From a virus (Duplodnaviria > Caudoviricetes): a stretch of 59,454 nt of DNA. The position numbers and the translations under genes are program-made. Positions 28,018 through 38,800 of this stretch are shown piece after piece (within the stretch, counting starts at the first letter, position 1; every line of letters starts with the position of its first letter). A model generated the notes under the pieces. That model did not search any database. It saw only the letters and a list, made by a program, of their open reading frames with translations, and was not told the DNA's origin. The stretch lies in the IMG/VR virus record IMGVR_UViG_3300014720_001630, positions 1-59,454 of that record; one strand, given 5' to 3'.

Positions 28018-30420
28018 ATGCACGGCATCGGGGCACAAACTGTTGACAACCCGCGCATAAAGCGGGACGTGGCGCGGGTCCGCTCGGCGGGCCGGTTCGG
28101 CGACACGCAGTTGGCGCACCTGTCGCCCGAGGCGCGCAGCACGCTCAAGCGCATGGGTGGTTCCGGCACGCGCAATCCGCAGACGGGCTTGGAAGAACAC
28201 TTCAAATTCAAGGACTTGCTGCCTATCCTCGCGCCCGTCGCGCTCAATTTTGTGGCGCCCGGTGTGGGGTCCGCGATCGGCACGGCCTTGGGCTTTTCCG
28301 GTGCCGCAGGCAATATCGTCGGTTCGGGCCTCGTGGGTGCGGGCATTGGCGCGCTGACGGGCGGCAAGCGGGGCGCCTTGACGGGTGGCCTTGCGGGCGG
28401 CGCGCTGGCAGGCTTTAACGAGTTGGGCGGCTTTCAGGGCATCGGTGAGCGGCTTGGCATCGGCGGCGGTGGTGTCGGTGGCGGGGCTGCGGCGTCGTCT
28501 GGTGCGGCGCCTGACCTGCTCAATACCCAAGTGCAGCCGCCGGGCCTTGAGGGCGTCACGGTGCCCGGCGACTTGCCTGCGCCACCTCCTCCGTCGCTTG
28601 GTGTCATCGCAGGGCCGGCGAGCACGTCGGCCTCGACGCGGGGCTCTGGCGGGGTTCCCGCGGGCACCACGGCGGACAAGCCTTTCGACTGGAAGAAGGC
28701 GGCTCTTTTGGGCGGCGGCGCGCTGCTGCTCTCGGGTGCGGGCCAGCGCCAGGGGATTGAGGAGGAGGAAGCGCCGACGCTCGTGGGCTCGTTCGGGGGG
28801 CCGCTGCCCAAGTACGAGTTGGACCGCACGGCGACGGATCTGAGCGACGAGGAGTTGCGGCGCTTTGGGCAGGCCGGCCGGACCACGGGCGGCACGGGCG
28901 TGTTCTTCGACGCGCCCAATCGGTACAAGTTCAAGAACTTCAAGGAAGGCGGCAAGGTGGACAAGGGCGTGGAGAAGTGGCGCCCGCACGAAGCCTACGA
29001 CAAGTTCCGCAAGCCGGGCTCGTGGCGCGGCGACGAGGTTCTGCCCAACCGCAAGCCTGCGACGGCACCGCGGAGGGCGGCCGAGCGGCTTGAGGACATG
29101 GGCCGCAACGGCGACACCATTCTCGCGCATATCAATCCCGAGGAGGCCGCGCTGCTCAAGGCGATGGGCGGTGCGGGCTCGGTCAATCCGCACACGGGGT
29201 TGCTGGAGTTCTCGGATACGGGCGTTGGAGAGTCGTTCGGCGGCGGCGGCACAGAAACGGGTCTGGCCGGAGACGGCAGCGGCGGCATCGGCTCGGGCGC
29301 CGAGACGGGCGGCTACCTGCAAGGCGAGCCGCAGGTCACGCCGACTGGCGGCGTCAGTATGGGTCCGGTCAATCCCGGCACTTACAATCCGGGTTTCTCG
29401 CACACCGAGGGCACATTCAATCTTCCGGCTATGGACCCACCGAGCGTGGTGACGAAGGGGCTTGACTGGCTTGGGCAGCAAATCCAAAAGGGCTTCCGCT
29501 ACGCGCACAACAATCCGGCGTCGGCGCTCATCAACCTTGCATCGCCGGCGCTCCTCACGGCGGGGTCCAAGTTGGTGACGGGCAAGATGCCGGGTGAGTT
29601 GGTGACGGGCATCGCTCGGCAACTGACGGACTATGTGCCGGGCGCGGATCAGGAAATTCCCAACACCTTCGACCGGCAGGCCGGAAATGTTGACCCGCGC
29701 ACCGAGAGCGGCGATATGTACATCCCCGGCCCGACGCGCGGCATCGGCATGGCGCAGTCGGATGTCGAGCAGATGGCGGCCAACGCGGCAACGCCTGCCA
29801 ATCCCGCAGGCTCGGGCTCGCCGTGGACGCGCGAGTCCACGATGCCGACGGACGAGGAGCTTGCCATGTTCGGGCGCGGCTTCCGCGGCGGCCAGCAGGG
29901 CGCGTTCTACGAGAACGCGAATTTCAAAGACGGCGGCGAGGTCGAGTTTGACGCCGAAGGATCTGGATACGATTACGAGACTGCCCGCCGCTCCGGCTTG
30001 AAGCGCGACAAGCGCGGCCACATGGGGTCGGTCGTTCCGATTGAGGACGAAGCGGGCGCGTATCTGATGCTCAAGGGCAAGAAGCATCCGACGTGGGCCA
30101 AGGGTGTCGATGCCGAGAACATGATGGGGCGTGCGGTCGTCAAGCGCGGCAAGCGTTATGTCGCGGAACCGTTTGCGCCGGGCGGCGGCTATGAAGAAGG
30201 CGGCGAGGTCATGGACGGCCGCTCGGACGACGTGCCTGCGATGCTTTCCGAGGGGGAGCACGTCCTTGACGCAGAATTTGTAAGCCTAATGGGCAACGGT
30301 TCTAACGAGGCGGGCCACAAGCGCATCGAAAAGATGAAGGCCGAGGTCCGCAAGCGCAAAGGTAAGGCGCTCGCAAAAGGCAAGATTTCACCCGACGCCA
30401 AGATGCCCAAGGTGGCATAG
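28018..30420 (+). CDS. Internal virion/ejection protein A (modular, internally duplicated)
   Basis: Two GR.GDT.LAH...NP.TGL.E domains, Gly-rich hydrophobic stretch, DGRSDDVPAMLSEGE domain. Confidence 0.8.
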   Translation: MHGIGAQTVDNPRIKRDVARVRSAGRFGDTQLAHLSPEARSTLKRMGGSGTRNPQTGLEEHFKFKDLLPILAPVALNFVAPGVGSAIGTALGFSGAAGNIVGSGLVGAGIGALTGGKRGALTGGLAGGALAGFNELGGFQGIGERLGIGGGGVGGGAAASSGAAPDLLNTQVQPPGLEGVTVPGDLPAPPPPSLGVIAGPASTSASTRGSGGVPAGTTADKPFDWKKAALLGGGALLLSGAGQRQGIEEEEAPTLVGSFGGPLPKYELDRTATDLSDEELRRFGQAGRTTGGTGVFFDAPNRYKFKNFKEGGKVDKGVEKWRPHEAYDKFRKPGSWRGDEVLPNRKPATAPRRAAERLEDMGRNGDTILAHINPEEAALLKAMGGAGSVNPHTGLLEFSDTGVGESFGGGGTETGLAGDGSGGIGSGAETGGYLQGEPQVTPTGGVSMGPVNPGTYNPGFSHTEGTFNLPAMDPPSVVTKGLDWLGQQIQKGFRYAHNNPASALINLASPALLTAGSKLVTGKMPGELVTGIARQLTDYVPGADQEIPNTFDRQAGNVDPRTESGDMYIPGPTRGIGMAQSDVEQMAANAATPANPAGSGSPWTRESTMPTDEELAMFGRGFRGGQQGAFYENANFKDGGEVEFDAEGSGYDYETARRSGLKRDKRGHMGSVVPIEDEAGAYLMLKGKKHPTWAKGVDAENMMGRAVVKRGKRYVAEPFAPGGGYEEGGEVMDGRSDDVPAMLSEGEHVLDAEFVSLMGNGSNEAGHKRIEKMKAEVRKRKGKALAKGKISPDAKMPKVA

Positions 30421-30429
30421 GAGCACGAC

Positions 30430-31545
30430 ATGGCTAGCAGCATTTCCGACTGGCTGTTCGGGTCGAGCACGAACCCCAAGGCGACGAGCAACACCGTCGT
30501 CTCGCAGGGCCAGCCCGAGTGGTATCTTGAGATGGTCAAGAACCTCATCGGCAAGTCGTCGGCCATCGCCGCCGAGCCCTATCGCGCGTACACGGGCCAG
30601 CAGTTCGCGTCCGCCACGCCGGACACGACGAACGCCTACGCCATGACGCGCGGCAATGTGGGCTCGTGGCAGCCGGGGATGAACACGGCGACGAACACGC
30701 TGACGGGCATCGCGGGCGGCACGGCGGACACGGTGATGGACATGCTCGCCCGTCGCGGGCAGCGGAACCTCACCGAGAATCTGATGCCGGAGATCAACAA
30801 GACGTTCATCGGTTCGGGTCAGTTCGGGTCCAACAAGCAACAGGACTTCATGGGCCGCGCCGTGCGCGACGTGAACGAGTCGGTGCTGGACGCGCAGGCG
30901 GGTGCCTTCTTGCAGAACCAGGCGCAGCAGGCGCAGGCCGCGCAGGGGCTCGGCGCGCTGTCGGAGCAGCGGCAGGGCCTCGGGCTGCGGGATGCGGCGG
31001 CGTTGCAGGCGATCGGCGGCGAGGAGGAAGCCCGCACGCAGCGGTCGCTGGACGCGGCCAAGCAGCAGTTCTTGGAGGAGCGCAACTATCCGCGCGATAC
31101 AGCACAGTTCATGTCGCAGATCATCCGCGGCTACAACCCGCCCACGACGACGAGCACGACGAGCACGGCGCCGGCGACGGCAGGCCAGTTGGCACCGAGC
31201 CCCTTGGCACAGTTGGCCGGTGCGGGCATCAGCGCCTACGGTGCGGGCAAGGCGTTCGGCGCGTTCAAGGATGGCGGCAAGGTGGACATGCGGGGCGGCG
31301 GGGCTGTGCCGCGCGGCATCGGGTATGCCAAGGGTGGATGGGTCAAGTCGGCCATCAAGAAGCCCGGCGCGCTGCACCGCGACTTGGGCGTGCCCGAGGG
31401 CGAGAAGATCCCCAAGGCCAAGATCGACGCGGCGGCCAAGAAGCCGGGCAAGGTCGGGCAGCGTGCGAGGCTCGCCAAGACGATGGCAAGCTGGCACAAG
31501 GCCGACGGCGGCGAGGTCAAGCGCGGCATCGGGAGGGCGGCGTAA
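30430..31545 (+). CDS. Internal virion/ejection protein B
   Basis: AGGAG SD, PY.AYTGQ, GQFGS, Gln/Ala helical body, GG motifs, C-terminal W.K.AIKKPGAL module. Confidence 0.8.
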   Translation: MASSISDWLFGSSTNPKATSNTVVSQGQPEWYLEMVKNLIGKSSAIAAEPYRAYTGQQFASATPDTTNAYAMTRGNVGSWQPGMNTATNTLTGIAGGTADTVMDMLARRGQRNLTENLMPEINKTFIGSGQFGSNKQQDFMGRAVRDVNESVLDAQAGAFLQNQAQQAQAAQGLGALSEQRQGLGLRDAAALQAIGGEEEARTQRSLDAAKQQFLEERNYPRDTAQFMSQIIRGYNPPTTTSTTSTAPATAGQLAPSPLAQLAGAGISAYGAGKAFGAFKDGGKVDMRGGGAVPRGIGYAKGGWVKSAIKKPGALHRDLGVPEGEKIPKAKIDAAAKKPGKVGQRARLAKTMASWHKADGGEVKRGIGRAA

Positions 31546-32868
31546 ATGGCTGCGTCCATCATGCAGGCCCCGACGCTTGCCGAGCGGCTGCGGGCGATCA
31601 ACGCTTTGCAGATGGCGCAGCGCGGCGCGCTCCCGTCTCCGGCACTTGACCGAATTGAGGGCGAGATCGACCAGACGCTTGCGGCGGCGAGGCGCCCGAC
31701 GGCGCAGCCCCAAGCGCAGCCGTCCGTGGCGGTGTCGGAGCCGATGCCGCAACAGGTGGACGTGCAGCCGCCCTATCAGTTGCCGCAAGGCCAAACTGCA
31801 CCCATGCCCCGCGCCGCCGTTGCCGACCCCGCCGTTGCCGCCGCCGACGCAGGCATGGCAGCCGAGGCCGAGGCCGACACACGCAGCGCCTATGAGAAGG
31901 CGGCGGAAGCGGCGCGCCTGCGGATGCAGGCCATCCTCGCGCAAACGCAGGGTGCCGGTGCCAGCGACCGCGACAAGTTCCTCGCTTTGGCTTTGGGCGG
32001 TGCGCGCATGGCGGCATCCCGCAACCCGACGCTCTTTGGCGCCGCCGGCGAGGGTGCCGAGGCGGGCATCGGGGCGTACCAGCAGGCCGACCAGCGCGCC
32101 AAGGCCGAGGCGCTGCGGCGTGCCGGGCAGGAGATGGAGGGTGAGGCGGCTGCCGAGCGTGCGGGCGCGCGTGCCGAGGATCGGGTCATCCGGCGCGAGG
32201 ACATCGCTGCCCGCAAGCAGGCGCGCTTGGATGCGTTGCAGGCGCGTAAAGAGGACTTGCAAGCGCGGCGCGACGACGCGCGGCTGTCCCGTGAGGAGCG
32301 TGCCGAGGCGGCCCGGCAGTTGCGCGAGACGCAGGTGGAGATCGCCAAGATCACCGCCGCGAGTCGCGAGAGCGTGGCGACGACTGCGGCTGACGCGCGG
32401 GTCAAGGCGGCCGAGACTGCCGCCGCCGCCCGTGCCGCTCGCGCCGCAGGAGCCCCGCCGGCGCGTATCCGCGAGGCCGAGGCGCTGGTGGAGAAGGGCA
32501 AGGCGCCCGACTTCGGCACGGCCTATGACATGGTGCGCGCGGGCGTCAACGACCTTGCCACCTACCAGCGCAATGTGCAGGCGGCGAAGGTGGATTTGCG
32601 CAAGGGCCTGACGGACATTACCGGCAAGTTGACGATCCCCGAGGAGGAACTTGAGGAGCGGGCGCGGGACTTGGTGCGCAGCCGCGTGGGCAGCGCGCCG
32701 GGACCGGCTGCGACTGCGCCTGCGGCAGCACCGGCTCCCGCACCACAGGCTGCTCCGGCGGCAGGCAGCATCCCGAAGCCGCCGCAAGGGGTGCCGCAAG
32801 GCGCGCGGTACAGCCCCTCGCAGGGCAAGTGGTGGTGGCAGGAAAACGGCCAGTGGCAGAGCCGGTAA
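31546..32868 (+). CDS. Internal virion/ejection protein C
   Basis: Ala/Arg-rich helical body with an aromatic C-terminal hairpin. Confidence 0.75.
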   Translation: MAASIMQAPTLAERLRAINALQMAQRGALPSPALDRIEGEIDQTLAAARRPTAQPQAQPSVAVSEPMPQQVDVQPPYQLPQGQTAPMPRAAVADPAVAAADAGMAAEAEADTRSAYEKAAEAARLRMQAILAQTQGAGASDRDKFLALALGGARMAASRNPTLFGAAGEGAEAGIGAYQQADQRAKAEALRRAGQEMEGEAAAERAGARAEDRVIRREDIAARKQARLDALQARKEDLQARRDDARLSREERAEAARQLRETQVEIAKITAASRESVATTAADARVKAAETAAAARAARAAGAPPARIREAEALVEKGKAPDFGTAYDMVRAGVNDLATYQRNVQAAKVDLRKGLTDITGKLTIPEEELEERARDLVRSRVGSAPGPAATAPAAAPAPAPQAAPAAGSIPKPPQGVPQGARYSPSQGKWWWQENGQWQSR

Positions 32869-32871
32869 CGC

Positions 32872-35800
32872 ATGGCACAGTCCATCGCGCCGCCGGACGA
32901 TTTGGTATCGCCGCCTGACGACCTTGTGGCCGTCAAGGGTCCGCCCGACGATTTGATCCAACCGCCGGACGACTTGGTTGCTGCACCTGCACAGCGGGGC
33001 TTCTTCGAGGCTCTTGGTGCGGGTGCTACGGCCGGCGTCGAGGCGCTTGGCGAGCAGGCCGGTACGCTTGGTGCGCTGGCGACGGGCCGCGCTGCCGAGG
33101 CTGCCGTGGAGGGCGCCAAGCCGCCGACCGCGCTGGACGAGCGCACGCGGGATATGTCGATCTGGCAGAAGATCACGGACCCCGAGTGGCTTGCCTACAA
33201 CATCGGCCAGACGGCTCCGCAGTCCGCGCCCTTTCTTGGTGGTGCTATTGCAGGCGGCGCGGCGGGCTCGCTTGCTGGCCCCGTCGGCACCCTCATCGGC
33301 GCGATGGTCGGCGGCGGCGGTGCGGCGGGCGCGCAGCAGTTGGCCGAGGCGTACAACGAGGCGCGGCGCGCGGGTCAGGACCACGACAAGGCGGTAGACA
33401 CGGCGATGATCGCGGGCCTTGCGTCGGCTGGCATCAACGCGGCGTCGGTGCCCGCCGGTCTGTTGCGCATCGCCAAGGGTCCGATTCAGTACGCGCTGAC
33501 ACAGATGGCCGTGCAGCCGGCGATCGGTGGTGCGGAGCAGGCGGCGCAGAACGTGATCGCCCGCGAGCGCGGCGTGGATCCTGACCGGCCTATCGGACAG
33601 GGCGTGCCCGAGGCCATCGCCCTAGAGGCGCTGTTTGAGGGGCCGGCGCAGGCGGCGGGGACGTTCGCCGGGCGCCGCGCGCTGCCGCAGGGCCAGCAAC
33701 CGCCGCCGGACTTGGTGGCGCCGACTGAGGCCGAGCCTGCCGCGGTCGAGCCGCCCGCCAAAGCGCCGGACATCAACGAGCCGTTCGGGTTTGAGATCGA
33801 ACCAGGTCGCGTCGTTCCCGCCCGCGTGCTGGAGTATTTCGAGCAGGACGGCACGCTCTACGCCCGTCTTGCCGAGGAGACGCCGGACGCTGCGGCCATG
33901 TCCACGCCCGAGGTGGTCGCGGTAGACGACATGCTTGGGCTCGTGCGCGATGCGGTGCCGGAGCCGGAGGGGCGGGCGCGTCCGACCGAGGCCGAGCCGG
34001 TCAGCCTTACAGACGAGGCGGCGCGCTTTGGCGAGGGGGTTCCTGACGAGCCCGAGAGTCCGCAGGGGCGGCTAGCCGTCGAGACGCCGCAGGGTCCGCT
34101 GCAAATGCGGATCGAGAACCTGTCGCCGCGCACGCTGGACGGTGCCGTGCGCGCCAACTACGAGGCGGCCGAGCGGCTTGAGCGCGACCCGGTGGTGGCG
34201 CTTGACCGTTACATGAGCCAGCAGGGCATGAGCCCCGAGGAAGCCGAGGCGGCGGTCCAGCGCGACATCGCCAAGTTCCGCGAGAACGGGCGCATGTACG
34301 AGGCCGAGCGGCGCCGGCGGCAGGGTGAGGAGACGCCGGACGTGGATCCGCGCGCGGGCCTGACGCCGTTGCTGCGCCAGCGTCCCGAGGTGAGCGAGGC
34401 AGACACGGGGCCACTGACGCGCCCGCGACCGGAAGGGCCGGGGCCTGTGCAGGGTGCGCTTGGTCCGGTGGCAGGCAGCGAGGCTGAAACTGGGGTGCCC
34501 TTGACGCGGCCGCGCCGCGAGGCGCCGCTGATGACCATGCGCGGTGGCGTGCCGGTCAGCACCGAGTTGGCAGGACGGCAGCCGACGCCGCGGCAGGCTC
34601 GCTTGCAGCCGCAGGAGCAGCGCGTCCGCACGCCGGAGGAAGTCGAGGCCGACAGGCAGGCCGCAGAGGCGCGCGCCGCAGAAGCAAAGCGTCGTGCTGA
34701 ACCTGCGGCGGTGCGCTATTTCGACTACGACAAGAAAAAGTCGTTTGTCAAAATGCTCGATCGCACGGTCGGCAAGCGCAACTACACGCTCGAAAAGTCG
34801 GGTGGTGGCTGGCGCGCTACCGTTAAGGACGGCGTCAAGTTGACCGAGGGCCAGCGCGAGGCATTGGATGCGTCGCTCAATGCTCAACGGCAGCGCAGGA
34901 CGAAAGCGTCTGAAACAGCTAAGGCGCGCGGGCCTTCGCAGAAGTCAATGTCGCTTTTGGAGTCCATCGCGCAGCGCGGCATCCGCGCCGGAAGTCCCGC
35001 CGCTCAACGTCTTGGCGAGCCGACGCTTGCTCGATGGAAGCCCGAGAAGGCACTTGGGCCGGGACGTTATTCTCGCTTAATCGTGCAAGAAGGCGACCCG
35101 CGCTGGCAGAACGCCGTCACCGAGACGGACCAGTTGGCTGGTTTCCTTGAGGGCATAGACCCGCTCTACATTGGCGAGGAATACCGCGGCAACAAGTCGG
35201 CGTATGAGCGCGTCGAGGAATTGATCGGCGAGGAACTGTCGGGCAACCGGCAGATGCCGCTCGACTACTACGACAGTGAGCAGGCTGCCGCCGACCGCGC
35301 GCAGGCGCTTGTCGATCAATACGGTAACGAGGCCGACGCGACGGACATTGATGCCGCGCTTGATGCGCGTGATGTTGTCGATCCCGACGACCCCTCAACG
35401 TACATGGACTACGAACCGCCGCCGGTATCCGACGCCGAGTGGGCATCCATCATGGAGGAATACGATGTTGGGCAACGAGACGCCGGAGGAGAAGCATCGC
35501 CGCGCGCTGAGGAATCTGCGGTCGGTGAGGGCCGTGATGGCGAGGCCCGAGTTGAAGCCCGAGAAGCGGGAACAGGTGCGGCGGCTGCTGGAGAAACAGA
35601 AGCGGCTGGTGCGCCTGTGCGCGGAACAACTGAAACCGTCCGCAACGTCGTAGGCGCCACCGAGCAGGGCGTCATCCCCGGCACCGAGCAGTCGGCAAAG
35701 CAGGCACAGGCCGCGCGCGATGCGAAGGGTGGGCTACGGGCTACCGTCGAACAGAAGAAAGCGGACGAGGGGTTGTTCTCTCCTCCGGCCATCGCGCAAG

Positions 35801-38800
35801 AAACGCTGCCCATGTCGCCGGACCAGTTGTTCGTGCAGATGGGTGAGCGCCAGTATCCCGTGAAGTCGCTTGCCGAGGCGTCAGATAAATTTGCGCGGGC
35901 GCGCGACACATATGGCGAAGGTGCGAGCAAGACGCCGACGCCAATTGTGGTTGACGGGCGCGGCGATGTCGTCGGGTACATCGCGTATAATGGAAAAGTT
36001 TTCCCCGGTCGCCCGCAAGATTGGCAAGAAGGCGTCAAACCGCTGTTCACGCCCGGCGAGCCAGAAGCTCCGAGGCTTATCGCCAAGCCCGACGACCAGA
36101 ATCCCCTATTCGAGTTGCAATCCACCGCCCGCGAAACCGAGCGCATGTCGGAGCAGGCGGTGCGCGATGCCATCGCCGCCATCGCCGGTCCCGAGGCTGC
36201 GAAGCGCGCGGTCGTGGAGCCCGGCACCGATGGAATCCGCGGCTCGTTCGATCCTGCCGATGGCGTCATAAGCGTTGCCGTCCGCAGCCCCGACATGCGG
36301 GGCACGCTGCGGCACGAGTCGCTGCACTACCTCAAGAGCATGGGTGCCTTCTCGCCGACGGAGTGGGCCACGCTTGAGAAGGCGGCGGTCGAGTGGCGCG
36401 AGAAGTACGACATCGACCGGCGGTACAACGAGGATACCGTTACCGACGTGTCGCCCGAGACGCTTGAGCGAATCCGCAAGGAGGAAGCCATCGCGGCAGC
36501 CTACGCGGAGTGGGCGCGCGGCGACATGCCGGGGCTGGCGCCCAAGATCCGCGCGCTGTTCGAGCGAATCCGCGCCATTCTCGACGCCATCCGTGCGCGG
36601 GTGATGGGTAGCCCCGAGACGGCACGGGCGATCTTCTACAACATCGACAACGGCAAGTACGTCGCCGCTGCAACGCGCGCCGATCGTGCGCGGTTTGCAA
36701 GTGCGGTGGCCGACGCTGACATGGCTGCGGCGACTGTCGCTGCGGACGGCGAGCAGGCAGTCGGCGGCAACGTGCCGCGCAAGGAAGCTGCGGCGCTGCG
36801 GATGTTCGAGCGCGAGCCGATAGAGAAGCGCACCGGCCCGCGCTGGCTGTCGTGGGGCACGCGCATCGCGTCGTTCCCGCTTGCGCGTGCGGCGAACGAT
36901 CCGATGTTTGCGCCCTACGTCAACGCGGAACTGTCGCGGCAGAAGCGCGAGTCGGCCATCACGCGGACGATCCAGACGGGCGTGGAGCCTATCTTCCGGC
37001 TGCCGACCAAGGAGCAGAACGAGGTCCGCAAGGCGCTGGAATTGATCGCACTCAACAACTCGTTCCCGCCGGTCATCAACGGGCGCATGACGGTGCAGAA
37101 CCAGTCCGGCAAGATCGCCCGCCTCACCGGCCCCAAGCGCATCGTCCGCCTGTCCCCCGAGGCGACCAAGGCCATGCTGTCGTACAAGGCCGGCATGGAC
37201 GCAGCGTGGGATGCGTATGCGACGGGTGCGGTGCGCAACGCCACGAACTACACGGGCGACATGACGGTGGAGGCAGCGCAGGCGGCGGCGCAACAGGCGG
37301 TCGCTGCGGGTCAGAAGTCTGCGACCAAGGATGCCGAGACGGCGGCGCTGATCCTGCAAGCGGCCAAGGAACAGAAGCGGCGCGGCTACTATCCGGCCAT
37401 GCGTGACGGCGATACGCAGGTCATCGTGCGGCGCAAACTGACGCCCGAGTTCGCGCGCATCATCGGCATGGCGCGGTCGCGCGGCTACCCGAAGGGCGAG
37501 CCGCTGACTGCCGAGGGGCTGGACAAGTTCGTGGATGCGGCGCGGACGACAAAGGACATCGAGTTCTGGTCGGGCCTGCGCTCGGACTTTGACGACGCGC
37601 GCGGCGAGAAGGGTGTCGTCTCGGTCAACGACGACATGGTTTGGAACGAACATTTCTACGTCAAGCCGCCGTTCATGGGCGAGGTCATCCCCATGACGGA
37701 GCGTGCGCGCCAGCGTGCGACGGAAGCCAAGAAGGCCGAGGTTGCGGAACTGATGACGCGGCGCGGGCTTGACATGCGCGAGTACGAGATCGTCACGCGG
37801 CCCGTTCGCGAGAGCCTGCAAGACACGATCAACGACCAGTCCGTGCCGGTATTCGAGAAGCTGTTGAAGGTCGCGACGGACGGCGACCCCAAGATGTTCG
37901 CGGAACTGTGGCCGCAAATGCGCGATGCCATAGCCAAGGAATTGGTGTCGGGCTTCCGCAAGCGGTCGGACGTGGTGCCGGGGTTCTCGATGGACATCGG
38001 CGACACGCTCTCGCGCTACAGTCATGCGGTCGGCAATGTCGCGGCCAAGCTTGAATACAAGAAGGGCATTGACGAGTCGCTGCGCTCCATCATGGAGAAC
38101 CACCCCGACCCTGCGATGCGCGGGTCCAACGGGTATGCGGCACGGCTCAAGGACTACGTTGACAATCCGGCGCAGGACTACAACGCGCTCAAGTCGTTCG
38201 GGTTCATGTACTACCTCGCAGGCGTCCCGAGTACCGCCGTGCAGAACATGGCGCAGGTGCCGATGCTCATGGTCCCGCAGATGACGGGGCTGCTTGGCGT
38301 GCGCGGGGCTGGCATCGTGCGGCAGGCGTGGACCGACTCGCTGCGTGGCGTCACGTTCGGCAAGGGCGGCGTGCGGATGGATGTGTCCAAGTTGGGCAAG
38401 ACGCCGGCCGAGCGCGCGTTCCTCAAGCGCATGGACGACGAGGGGCAGATTTCCGCGTCCGTCACGCGGGAGTTGATGGGGCGCGACTACGACGTGGGGC
38501 CGCGGCTTGAGGCGGCGCAAGGGTTCTGGCGCAAGACGTACACAGTGGCGGCGTCCATGTTCGACGCGGCGGAGAGCCTTAACCGGGCGACGGCTTTGCT
38601 TGCGGGATACCGTGCGGCGCAGGTGCCGGGTGCCGACGCCAAGCTCAAGAAGGTCTACGGCCAGAACCAGAACTACCGCGAGATGGCGAACCGCGACGGC
38701 ACGATCGACCCCGAGGCGTTCGGCGAGTTCTTCTCCCGTGAGGTCAATTTCGAGGGCAGCCGCGTCAACCGGCCCGAGGCGCTGCGCGGTGCGGGCGGCG

